A DNA stretch of 32,000 bases from Candidatus Saccharimonadota bacterium. Its GTDB lineage: Archaea; Micrarchaeota; Micrarchaeia; Micrarchaeales; Micrarchaeaceae. The translations under genes were made by a program, and so were the position numbers. The notes under the pieces were generated by a model. It did no database searches, was not told the origin of the DNA, and worked only from the letters and a program-made list of their open reading frames with translations. Below are positions 16,965-25,315 of the stretch, piece by piece (within the stretch, counting starts at the first letter, position 1; the number at the start of each line of letters is the position of its first letter). The stretch spans positions 810,001 to 842,000 of the forward strand of contig NZ_CP019964.1 of NCBI RefSeq assembly GCF_002214165.1, in the 5' to 3' direction.

Positions 16965-17698
16965 GAATTATGGAACGAATAGATACGGGAAAGGCGAAAT
17001 CGGACAGGGGTTTTGCATCCGTAACCACCATTGTTTCTGTCATCATTATTGCAGTCCTAGTCTTCGCCGCAATATCAGCGGCTGCGTTTGTAATGTACGG
17101 TTCTGGAATTGGCGGCTTTGGCTCCGGGGGGCCTGGAGGCGGTGCCAATTCTATCTTCATAGTGAACAATACATCATTCAATAGGATGAATTCAGTTCCA
17201 GCAGGTGTTGCCGTCAACAACAGCAGCAATACCATAAACGTGACTTCGAAGAGCGTAACCCTCATCGTTGAGGCTGCACCCACATGGTACCCCGGGCAGG
17301 GGGATTTCTGGTTAATTTATGGACTGGCCAATCCAAATATAGTGATCAGGGAGGGCACCACGGTTCATTTTGTGTTCATAAACATGGACAACATTACTCA
17401 CATGCCTGCTATCACCACCAACAGTCCGCCATATAGCTACATGCCTATGCAGGGCAACATGATGGGATCTGGTACGGATTCAGGCTCCGGAATGATGGGA
17501 TACCAAGGCGGTGGTAACGGTAGCTGGCTTGCAATAGGTCCCATGCTACCTGGAACTTCGGCGAATGCCAATGATCAGGCATACGCTGCCTCAAACCTAA
17601 CGGTGACATTCAGTTCCAGTGGGAACTACTACTACATATGCCTCATTCCGGGGCATGCACAGATGGGTATGTACGGAGAGATTTCCGTTCAAGGATAA
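16946..17698 (+). CDS. membrane-anchored type-1 (blue) copper protein, sulfocyanin-like cupredoxin with Gly-rich and Met-rich inserts
   Basis: N-terminal TM segment VTTIVSVIIIAVLVFAAISAAAFV. Type-1 Cu ligand motif YYYICLIPGHAQMGMYG (C-x2-P-G-H-x2-M). Upstream His in NITHMPA. Met-rich loop YSYMPMQGNMMGSGTDSGSGMMG. Confidence 0.7.
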   Translation: MAAQEMRIMERIDTGKAKSDRGFASVTTIVSVIIIAVLVFAAISAAAFVMYGSGIGGFGSGGPGGGANSIFIVNNTSFNRMNSVPAGVAVNNSSNTINVTSKSVTLIVEAAPTWYPGQGDFWLIYGLANPNIVIREGTTVHFVFINMDNITHMPAITTNSPPYSYMPMQGNMMGSGTDSGSGMMGYQGGGNGSWLAIGPMLPGTSANANDQAYAASNLTVTFSSSGNYYYICLIPGHAQMGMYGEISVQG

Positions 17699-17712
17699 GG
17701 AGAAGAGAGATT

Positions 17713-18291
17713 ATGTCACAGCAACAGGATAGACACTTCAGACCGGGAATAATGCTTTTTCCCATCAGAAAATACATGTCAAGACCCCAACACGATTTTA
17801 TAAATACCAACGTGAAACGTGGTATGACCGCGCTCGATCTTGGAAGCGGCCCCGGATTCTTCACGACCATGCTATCGGAAGCGGTAGGAATAAACGGCAC
17901 TGTTCATGCGGTGGATGGTGATAAAGCCGCTGTGACGCGACTCCAGAACAGGGCTGGTGCACTTGGCATGGTGAACATCAAGGCATACGCTTCTTCTGCA
18001 GCCAGTATTCCATACATACAAAGCAAATCAATAGATGTTCTCTTTTCAAACGGCCTCCTCTGCTGCATGCTTGACCACAGGGGGGCAGTGGATGAGATGA
18101 TGCGCGTTATGAAAACAGGCTCAAGAGGTTTCATCAGCGTAACAAAGTTGTTCAGGAAAGACGGCCTTGGCGTTCCAAAGGATGAGTGGAAGGAAATCAC
18201 GAGATCATTTGATGTGGTAGATTCAGGATCATCAGTTGTGATGGATTGGGTCGTTGTTTCTAAGCCCGGAGATGATAAAAATGAATTATGA
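17713..18291 (+). CDS. class I SAM-dependent methyltransferase
   Basis: Motif I ALDLGSGPGFFTTMLSE and post-I VHAVDGD. ATG at 17713 (MSQQQDRHF) is preferred over the track start 17638, which overlaps the cupredoxin gene. Confidence 0.7.
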   Translation: MSQQQDRHFRPGIMLFPIRKYMSRPQHDFINTNVKRGMTALDLGSGPGFFTTMLSEAVGINGTVHAVDGDKAAVTRLQNRAGALGMVNIKAYASSAASIPYIQSKSIDVLFSNGLLCCMLDHRGAVDEMMRVMKTGSRGFISVTKLFRKDGLGVPKDEWKEITRSFDVVDSGSSVVMDWVVVSKPGDDKNEL

Positions 18292-18760
18292 CGCGACGAG
18301 AAGAAACCGCATGGGCACCCCGTCAAGATTAGGTGTGAACCTGATACTGCTGGAATTCTTTTTGCTGATTATTCAGTTCGTAATCGGAATGTGGATGAAT
18401 CTTTTTGCCGTATTCCCATCCTTTGGTCAATCTTTTTTCATGTATGGAATGATGCAGGTAATGTTTTCCGTACCGGAACTCATGGTTCACATGATGCTAG
18501 GAATTTTTATCGGACTGGTGTCCTTGATGATTTTCTTTGTATTTGCAATGGCGGGTGACTACAGGCTTTCAGCGTTAAGCGCCGTGGCATCCATATCCAT
18601 ACTCACCGCCGGCATCGGAGGCCTTGAATTCATGTTCTCCGGATTTACGAACAACATATTCTCTTTCCTCATGTCCTTAGGATTCATTTTTACCATTGTA
18701 GCCTATGCCTCTATATTATACATGATTTCCAGCAGTGATCGACGAACCGGAACTCCATAA
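18281..18760 (+). CDS. integral membrane protein (about four TM segments)
   Basis: Hydrophobic translation (LILLEFFLLIIQFVIGMWMNLFAVF...). The start overlaps the stop of the preceding methyltransferase gene. Confidence 0.5.
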   Translation: MNYDATRRNRMGTPSRLGVNLILLEFFLLIIQFVIGMWMNLFAVFPSFGQSFFMYGMMQVMFSVPELMVHMMLGIFIGLVSLMIFFVFAMAGDYRLSALSAVASISILTAGIGGLEFMFSGFTNNIFSFLMSLGFIFTIVAYASILYMISSSDRRTGTP

Positions 18761-18762
18761 AC

Positions 18763-19836
18763 ATGCAAAATTTTTTTAAAAGACTTCTGGCATTATTTCT
18801 TGTTTTTGTCTCAAGTTTTGTTCTTTCATATATATATTCAGAAGACCTTTACCTGAAGCTCGGTTCCGGTACGCTGGACGTCTTTTACGCAGAATTTTCT
18901 ATAGGTACTATACCATTAATATTTTACCTATTCATTTGGTGGAGAAAACACAAATACCAAGAGGGGGACAAGTTCATTCATTTTTTAAGAATTTCATTCG
19001 GCTACTTGTGGATTCTTGACGCACTCCTGCAGATGCAACCCGGGATGAACGAATACTTCGCTGCAATGATAATTGCCCCTAACATCAGCGCAGGGGGAAT
19101 AACCGGCTATGTTTCAACCTTTGCCCTTTCTTTGTGGAATATGCATCCTGTTGTGTTTGATGTTGCATCTTCCCTGATCCAGTTATATATAGGTGGAGTT
19201 CTTTTAACACAAAACAGAGGAAAGATATACTCTTTAACACAAATGATAGCCATATTATGGGGATTTTCCATCTGGATTTTTGGAGAAGGATTCGGAGGCA
19301 CTTTCGGTTCGGGAGCTACCATTCTTACCGGGTTTCCGGGCTCTGTATTAATCTATGTCTACGCATCTCTAATACTCCTTCTATCATCGAAAAATCGCGG
19401 CGGAATGATACGTAAATCATCTTATTTTTTCGGAGGCCTGATATTCATACCATCATTAATTGTACAACTTATGCCGTCTAATGGCTATTTGGGGAACATG
19501 TCAGTGATATTTATGCCGATGCCGTCTCCATCGGGAATACTGAATTTTGCAAATGAATTTCAGTATTATTTCACCCAATCGCCAGTATGGCCAGACATTG
19601 TGACTCTTTTTCTTATTCTGGCATCTGCCGCTGGATGGATACTTGGAAAGTCCTATGGCTATGTTTTTTCTGGCATTCTTGCATCCTTTTCGTGGATAGT
19701 TTTCCAGGGTCTTGGTATACTGGGAATCTTGAGTACAGACCCAAATACCGGCCTGCCCATGTTAATAATAAGCATCTTCTTCTATCTCTGGACTAAAGAA
19801 TATTTCACGTCAAGCAATGGGTTGTCAAATGATTAA
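18763..19836 (+). CDS. polytopic membrane protein whose N-terminal part is paralogous to the DoxX-like protein at 11471-12025
   Basis: ISFGYLWILDALLQMQPGMNEYF resembles VLFGVVWLADAWLKWQPAFFSGF in the DoxX-like ORF. Eight or more hydrophobic segments. Confidence 0.55.
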   Translation: MQNFFKRLLALFLVFVSSFVLSYIYSEDLYLKLGSGTLDVFYAEFSIGTIPLIFYLFIWWRKHKYQEGDKFIHFLRISFGYLWILDALLQMQPGMNEYFAAMIIAPNISAGGITGYVSTFALSLWNMHPVVFDVASSLIQLYIGGVLLTQNRGKIYSLTQMIAILWGFSIWIFGEGFGGTFGSGATILTGFPGSVLIYVYASLILLLSSKNRGGMIRKSSYFFGGLIFIPSLIVQLMPSNGYLGNMSVIFMPMPSPSGILNFANEFQYYFTQSPVWPDIVTLFLILASAAGWILGKSYGYVFSGILASFSWIVFQGLGILGILSTDPNTGLPMLIISIFFYLWTKEYFTSSNGLSND

Positions 19837-19869
19837 ATAAATTGCTGTAATATATATGCAAGAGGTAAA

Positions 19870-20721
19870 ATGAGCAGTAACCAGGGTAACACGCCATATA
19901 GGGATCTCCTTACGGCTTCAATATACTGGATAATACTTGGTATATTCCTGTATTCATATTTCCAGACGAGAAATCCCCTATCGCTGTCCGTTGCGACGGA
20001 CAGGGTGGTTGACGCTTTATCCATTTCATTCATTTTCCTAGTGAACAGAATAGCGCGAAAACCTGGTGATGAATATCACTCCTATGGTTTCCACAGAGTT
20101 GAAGTTATACTGAATGCAACAGTCATCCTCCTTTTCGTGGCTATGGCTATTTACTCAGCATTAATGACCACTCAGCTTCTTCTGACAAACGCAATCAGAT
20201 CACCGGCCTCTACGGTTGTATCCTCAATTGTTACCGTTCCATTGCTTTTGCTGGCGGCGTTTACCATGCAGAGAGATAAGAAATCAAACTTCAGGGTTAT
20301 GTTCATACACACCCTCCAGGATCTTGAAATAATATTAGTCACACTGGTGTTCTCTCTTGCTTCAGAATATTTTATCGGGCCATCGTTGAGTTATATTGGA
20401 AGCTATGCAGTTATCCTGATCATACTGTATGGAAACAGGAATATGTTCAGAAGAAATTTCAACATGCTCATGGAAGGTTCGCAGGTAAGTGTAAGGGAAG
20501 TTGAGGACAGGATCAAGAAAGAGTTTCCGAATGCGCACCACCTTCACATATGGGACATCTGCCAACACCAGAGAGTTGCTACTTTACATCTTAGTGTTCT
20601 TCCATGCACGAAGATCGGTGAACTTGATAAAACTAATGCTGCTATTAAGAGTCTGCTTTCAAAGTATGGGGTTAATCATGTCACGATCCAGTTTGAATCA
20701 GCAGACCCCACAAAATCTTGA
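19870..20721 (+). CDS. cation diffusion facilitator (CDF) family divalent-metal efflux transporter
   Basis: TM2 D-x3-D (TDRVVD), HSYGFHRVEVILN signature, TM5 H-x3-D (HTLQD), and a C-terminal cytoplasmic domain with HHLHIWD. Confidence 0.75.
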   Translation: MSSNQGNTPYRDLLTASIYWIILGIFLYSYFQTRNPLSLSVATDRVVDALSISFIFLVNRIARKPGDEYHSYGFHRVEVILNATVILLFVAMAIYSALMTTQLLLTNAIRSPASTVVSSIVTVPLLLLAAFTMQRDKKSNFRVMFIHTLQDLEIILVTLVFSLASEYFIGPSLSYIGSYAVILIILYGNRNMFRRNFNMLMEGSQVSVREVEDRIKKEFPNAHHLHIWDICQHQRVATLHLSVLPCTKIGELDKTNAAIKSLLSKYGVNHVTIQFESADPTKS

Positions 20722-20906
20722 ATACTGCCATTCGATTGAGCCACCTCTGGCTGGGGCAGTTAATAGCTTCTGATGGGAGTGAATGCAATTATTCCTACTG
20801 CAACGGTAAGTATGATCCTCGTCAGGTAGTCTACATATTTTAGATGTATTTTTTCCCAGGGCTTTGGAGGGCCCACTTGAAGAGACATAGTTCATCAGGA
20901 TTCAGA

Positions 20907-20975
20907 GTATTCCCTTAAGACATTAATCAAATCCCGACCGGTCCATTTAAACTATTAATCGAATACCTTTTATGC
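20907..20975 (+). repeat. direct repeat copy 2 (att-like), overlapping the integrase promoter region
   Basis: See 9479-9560. Ends about 20 nt before the integrase ATG at 20995 and contains the TATA-like ccttttatgc. Confidence 0.65.
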
Positions 20976-20994
20976 TACCACTCGTTATGTTCTC

Positions 20995-22284
20995 ATGACC
21001 ATGCAGCCGAAGTATCAGCAACTGCTTCTTGACGATGACGTGCGTAGATGGTTTGAGAACCTCAGGGCAAAGTCAGTATTGACGGCAACGGTAGCCCTGA
21101 GGAATCTGGGGCATTATTGCGAGCTTACAGAAACAACCCCGAAGGAAATCCTGATTAGAGCCAGGACAAATGAAAAGGATTTCCGCTACGAGTTTACGGA
21201 TTTTGTCAGGAAGATGGAGAAAGAAGGCAAGGCAGGATCGTACATTGCAAGGTTCAAGAAGGTCATTCTCTCATGGCTGAAGTTTAACGATATCCGTTTG
21301 CAGTTAACCGTTAACATATCCGGCGAGAATGAAACTCCTACGATAGCGAACGAACGGGTTCCCAGCAAGGAAGAGCTTGCAAGAGTCCTCAGAAAGGCCA
21401 CCTCAAGAGGCAGGGTGGCCATAGCGATCATGGCATTCTCAGGCCTCAGGCCAGAGTCTCTGGGAGACTATGAGGGCTCAGACGGTCTCAGGCTTGGCGA
21501 CTTCAAGGAACTGAAACTGTCCAATGAAATCCAGTTCGATAATATTCCCGCTATGGTAATGGTGAAGAGCAGGCTCAGTAAGACACGGCACCAGTATTTC
21601 AGTTTTATTGGCGAAGAGGGAGTGACCTACATCAGGGAATATCTTGAGGAGAGGAGGAAGCAGGGAGAGGAGTTAACGTATGAATCGCCACTGTTGCAGT
21701 TTGATTCCAGAGGCACGAAAAAGAACGCATTTTTGAGAACAACACTGGTAACGAGGGACATAAGGGAAGCCATAGAACAGGCCGGGTTGAAGATGCGCCC
21801 CTATGTTCTGAGGGCATACTTCTCAACAGCACTGGATATAGCGGAGTCCAAGGGGCTCATATCACATCCCTGGAGGCAGTTCATTATGGGCCACAAAGGT
21901 GATATTGAAGCCAGATATTCCACAAACAAGCGATTGCCACCAGATATTATCGATGAGATGAGGGAATCTTACAGAAAATGCCTTAAATTTCTTGAAACGA
22001 GAATATCCGAGGTATCGGAGGACAACGCCAAGCTATTCTTACAGCAACAGCTATTATCAGCAGTGGGCTACAAACAGGAAGAGATAGACAAGATAGACCT
22101 TGCAAGCGTGAGCAACGAGGACTTTCAGCAATTATTACGGGACAAGGTAGCAGGAGCGATGAGCGACAACGGAGCAAAGCAGAAGGTCATACCTGTAAGC
22201 GATATAGAGCAGTATATCAGCGATGGATACGACTTTGAGGCAGTTCTTCCGAACGGAAAAGCGGTAATGAGGGTAAGGTTTTAA
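20995..22284 (+). CDS. int: tyrosine recombinase / integrase with a tail of about 110 aa after the catalytic Tyr
   Basis: Catalytic pattern: AFSGLRPESL (Arg I), LSKTRHQYFSF (Lys hairpin region), YVLRAYFST (x-x-x-R), FIMGHKGDIEARYS (His, Tyr). Confidence 0.8.
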   Translation: MTMQPKYQQLLLDDDVRRWFENLRAKSVLTATVALRNLGHYCELTETTPKEILIRARTNEKDFRYEFTDFVRKMEKEGKAGSYIARFKKVILSWLKFNDIRLQLTVNISGENETPTIANERVPSKEELARVLRKATSRGRVAIAIMAFSGLRPESLGDYEGSDGLRLGDFKELKLSNEIQFDNIPAMVMVKSRLSKTRHQYFSFIGEEGVTYIREYLEERRKQGEELTYESPLLQFDSRGTKKNAFLRTTLVTRDIREAIEQAGLKMRPYVLRAYFSTALDIAESKGLISHPWRQFIMGHKGDIEARYSTNKRLPPDIIDEMRESYRKCLKFLETRISEVSEDNAKLFLQQQLLSAVGYKQEEIDKIDLASVSNEDFQQLLRDKVAGAMSDNGAKQKVIPVSDIEQYISDGYDFEAVLPNGKAVMRVRF

Positions 22285-22702
22285 GTTCATTTACCCCCCT
22301 TTGAATATTGGCGTAAAGTATCAAGTTATACAAAAACATCAGATACGCTTTTTGAAATGATGTAGTATAATAATACTTTTTTCAGCCACACTGACTTTTT
22401 CATATTATTACTACCGACCCGATGAAAACGAAAACAACAATTAGTATTACTTATGCTATACTAATTGTTCAGGAACAAGAGAGGAGAGAGCGTATTAATT
22501 CACTGGCTTTTCTGTATTACATACAGCTACATCCTAATACGTTGTTAGGATTTTAAGGTAATGAACGGCGGAACAGGGACACCCACTATACACGAGTAAG
22601 ATTATTCCGCCTACACCGGTATCATTTGGATAGGGCATATCTAACATTCTATTAGTTTTCTTTACTACATCTTATCTGTTTTCTTATTATTTGAATCAAT
22701 CA

Positions 22703-23270
22703 AGCCCCTATCCATGCGTAAGCCACCCTAACCTGCAGTCTGTAAGACTGCTCCATTACGGGATAGACCCTTCATTCCGCAGCAGACTTGGCTTACCTTA
22801 GATTGCTTAACCCCCGCCTCGCTACGCACCCACGCAGTTCGTGTTACACACTCAGCGTGTGCGAAGCACAGGACACTCTACGACACGCCGACCTCCTGAA
22901 CGGAGGATTGGCTTTCGCTACGGCAAAAATTCACCCCTCCTTTGTCGCTTCGCTCCAAATTCCCCCCCTCTTTTTGCCTTCGCTCGTTTCGGAGGTCTAA
23001 TCAGGTATAGGCACGTGTCCGCCTTCGGCGTTCACTTATTGCTTCACAACAGCCTATTATCCTGATTTGTCCAGCCCTTCGGTCTGTCCACCGACCCCCC
23101 GTGTCCTGTGCTTCGCACCCCCACGTGTTTCACACGTGTGGGCTACGTGTCCCTTCGGGACACTTCGGGTCTTCACTACGTTCAGACCTGCTACGCTCGG
23201 CGGGGAGGGGGTTCGCAGGAAAGCCCTTAAAATTTCAATTGGTAATAATACGGGCTTTCCTTTGCGATAA
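22703..23270 (+). ncRNA. GC-rich, hairpin-dense noncoding element, copy B (homologous to 7425-7915)
   Basis: 18/18 long-range pairing of 22859-22876 with 23101-23118. Hairpins at 22735-22751, 23122-23138, 23147-23163 and 23218-23226/23252-23260. Repeated box caaa(a)attcacccc at 22924 and 22955. Overlapping S/R/P/L/C-rich ORFs in several frames. Confidence 0.35.
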
Positions 23271-23382
23271 CCTTTCTTTTAGACAGAACAAGATAGCAAA
23301 GAAAGCTTAACCAAAGAAGGTAATTCGATTAATTGGCAGAAAAGGAATGATGTGGTAAATTGCGCAAAACTGAATCCCAGAT

Positions 23383-24018
23383 GTGGTAGGTTCGGAACAC
23401 GCTTGGGCTGTGAGAGCAGAATCAACAGAATGGATGGAAGAGGAAGCCGGAGGGAGAGGGAAGGATATAGACTACAGGGCAGAGGTTCTTCGCATTCTCA
23501 ATGAGAGGATGTCCTATGCAACTGAAATGGGAAAGGAGATATCCGCGAAGTATGGAATAGAAAAGGATCTTGCCAAGCTCAGGATAAAGTCCATCCTTGA
23601 AGAGATGAAGAACAACAACGAGGTTGGAAGGGTCAAGTATCTCAGGGATGGAAAGCCCATAGTGATGTACTATTCCAGGAGCCCAAATCTCTCTAACCTG
23701 CACACAGGAATGCAGTCCCAGGCAGTAGACATCCTCACGGAGCTTGGCGTAGCCGTAAACAGGATATCGACCACAGGCGAAAGAGGAGCCTTTGATATAG
23801 AGACGGATTTCTTCATGGTGGAGATAGAGACAGGCCTGAAACACAACATGGAAGACCTGAAGGACAGGATAAAGAGCACTAACCTGAGAATGATCATTAT
23901 AGTACCGAACAGAGAGCTAATGGAGAAATATACTGGATTAGGAGAGAACGTGGTTGTTGCTACCATTGACTCCTTCAAGGTCCTTCTTGAGGAGCCTCAG
24001 ATGAATAGAGGCTCATAA
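23383..24018 (+). CDS. hypothetical protein: N-terminal winged-HTH-like region plus a C-terminal PD-(D/E)xK-like motif (start uncertain: 23383 GTG, 23434 ATG)
   Basis: RILNERMSYATEMGKEISAKYGI looks HTH-like. GAFDIETDFFMVEIETGLK has the D...E.E..K spacing of restriction-endonuclease-fold proteins. Motif-level inference only. Confidence 0.45.
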   Translation: MVGSEHAWAVRAESTEWMEEEAGGRGKDIDYRAEVLRILNERMSYATEMGKEISAKYGIEKDLAKLRIKSILEEMKNNNEVGRVKYLRDGKPIVMYYSRSPNLSNLHTGMQSQAVDILTELGVAVNRISTTGERGAFDIETDFFMVEIETGLKHNMEDLKDRIKSTNLRMIIIVPNRELMEKYTGLGENVVVATIDSFKVLLEEPQMNRGS

Positions 24019-24163
24019 ATGGGGCAGATGATACGGTTATGGCCAAACCTATAACGAATTCGACTCCTGCCTTCACAAGCCCTTTGAAAATGACGAACAG
24101 AATAATGAATACTATCAATGCTCCTCCAATTGATGTCTCAATTGTGGAACTTGTAACTGCCAT
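23975..24163 (-). CDS. possible small two-TM membrane protein
   Basis: MAVTSSTIETSIGGALIVFIILFVIFKGLVKAGVEFVIGLAITV... Divergent from ORF 24211; its 3' end overlaps the previous gene by 44 nt. Weak support. Confidence 0.25.
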   Translation of the reverse strand: MAVTSSTIETSIGGALIVFIILFVIFKGLVKAGVEFVIGLAITVSSAPFMSLYSSEAPQEGP

Positions 24164-24210
24164 ATGGGTTGCGCACAATATTTAAACCTGAACTTGCATA
24201 AGTACAAACA

Positions 24211-24438
24211 ATGAACTGGAAGCTGACCTCCATTCTTGTGATCATTGTCGTGGCATTCATATTCTTAGTCCCTGTAGTTCCCGCTGTTGGATTATCACCT
24301 GGTGTTGCCCAAATTCAAAACCACCCCGTCTATTTCCACTATTACAAGTCGATAAGTGGCGTATTCACTCCATTCGGGACAAGTTTCTATGGAGGGTACT
24401 ACCTCCATCCGTATCCGTTTTGGGGTTATTATGCTTGA
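24211..24438 (+). CDS. small secreted or membrane protein with a Tyr/Gly/Pro/Phe-rich C-terminus
   Basis: N-terminal hydrophobic segment LTSILVIIVVAFIFLVPVVPAV. No family recognised. Confidence 0.35.
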   Translation: MNWKLTSILVIIVVAFIFLVPVVPAVGLSPGVAQIQNHPVYFHYYKSISGVFTPFGTSFYGGYYLHPYPFWGYYA

Positions 24439-24490
24439 CAGTAATTATTAGCAATAAGCTAATAAGTCCCATAATTCTCAATTTTTGAAG

Positions 24491-24530
24491 ACGTTAACCG
24501 CTAACCGTTACTCCAAGCAGGTTAACCATA
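24491..24530. promoter_or_regulatory. cluster of GTTAACC / AACCGTTA motifs upstream of parA (candidate centromere or operator)
   Basis: acgttaaccgctaaccgttactccaagcaggttaacca contains three copies of the motif within 40 bp, 33 nt upstream of the parA ATG at 24563. Confidence 0.4.
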
Positions 24531-24562
24531 AACTTATAACTCTTTCCCTCCAAGTTCTATCA

Positions 24563-25315
24563 ATGATCATATCCATCGCCAACCAGAAGGGAGGCTGCGG
24601 AAAGACAACCACTGCAGCCAATCTGGGAGCATTGCTGTCGGAAAAGCACAGAGTTCTACTGGTCGATATTGACCCGCAGGGCAATCTGACCACTCATTTT
24701 GGCATAAACAAAGCAGACCAGAAGCATACAATATACGATGTAATGCTCAACGGCAGGATTGAAGATGCAATCATTCGAAAGGATGGAATCGACATCGTGC
24801 CGAGCACCATCGACCTCGCAGGTGCAGAGGTGGAACTTACTGGAAAGATTGGCCGTGAATACATCCTGGATAATGAGCTCAAGAGAATAGCCAGGAAATA
24901 TGACTTTGTGATCATAGATACACCGCCCAGTCTTGGAATCTTCACCATCAACTCGCTTGTTGCATCCGACTACGTACTAATACCCGTGCAGGCCGAGTTC
25001 TTCGCATTGGAGGGGTTGACGCAGCTCATGAGGGTCGTAGAACTCGTGAACTCAAGGCTCTCAAGGAACCTGAAACTGCTTGGAATGGTCATAACGATGT
25101 TTAACGCGAGAACCAGATCATCCAATGAAGTTCTGGAGGATGTGAGGAAGCATTATTCTAAGAATCTGTTCAAAACAGTGATACCAAGGAATGTCACAGT
25201 AACAGATTCTACCATGGCAGGATCACCTGCTGTCAGATACAACAAAAACGCATCCGCTTCTAGAGCTTATGTTAAGCTTGCAAGTGAACTTGAGAAAAAA
25301 CTTAAGGTGAAATAA
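24563..25315 (+). CDS. parA: ParA/Soj-type partition ATPase (deviant Walker A)
   Basis: MIISIANQKGGCGKTTTAANL (KGGxGKT), LLVDIDPQGN, VIIDTPPSLG. ATG at 24563 is preferred over the track start 24485. Confidence 0.88.
   Translation: MIISIANQKGGCGKTTTAANLGALLSEKHRVLLVDIDPQGNLTTHFGINKADQKHTIYDVMLNGRIEDAIIRKDGIDIVPSTIDLAGAEVELTGKIGREYILDNELKRIARKYDFVIIDTPPSLGIFTINSLVASDYVLIPVQAEFFALEGLTQLMRVVELVNSRLSRNLKLLGMVITMFNARTRSSNEVLEDVRKHYSKNLFKTVIPRNVTVTDSTMAGSPAVRYNKNASASRAYVKLASELEKKLKVK

Noticed and set aside
16846-17283. 145-aa minus-strand ORF and 81-aa plus-strand ORF (16939-17184) overlapping the cupredoxin gene
   Set aside because: The cupredoxin frame carries a TM anchor and a complete type-1 copper ligand motif. 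The alternatives have no motifs and odd composition.
20698-20895. 65-aa minus-strand ORF between the CDF gene and the att-like repeat
   Set aside because: Cys/Ser/Arg-rich with no motif. It overlaps the CDF 3' end. Probably spurious, although this 185-bp spacer could hold a decayed gene remnant.
22788-23310. Track ORFs 22788-23000, 22841-23065, 23067-23270 and 23101-23310 as genes
   Set aside because: Same reasoning as for copy A: mutually overlapping frames, aberrant composition and coincidence with the structured GC-rich element.
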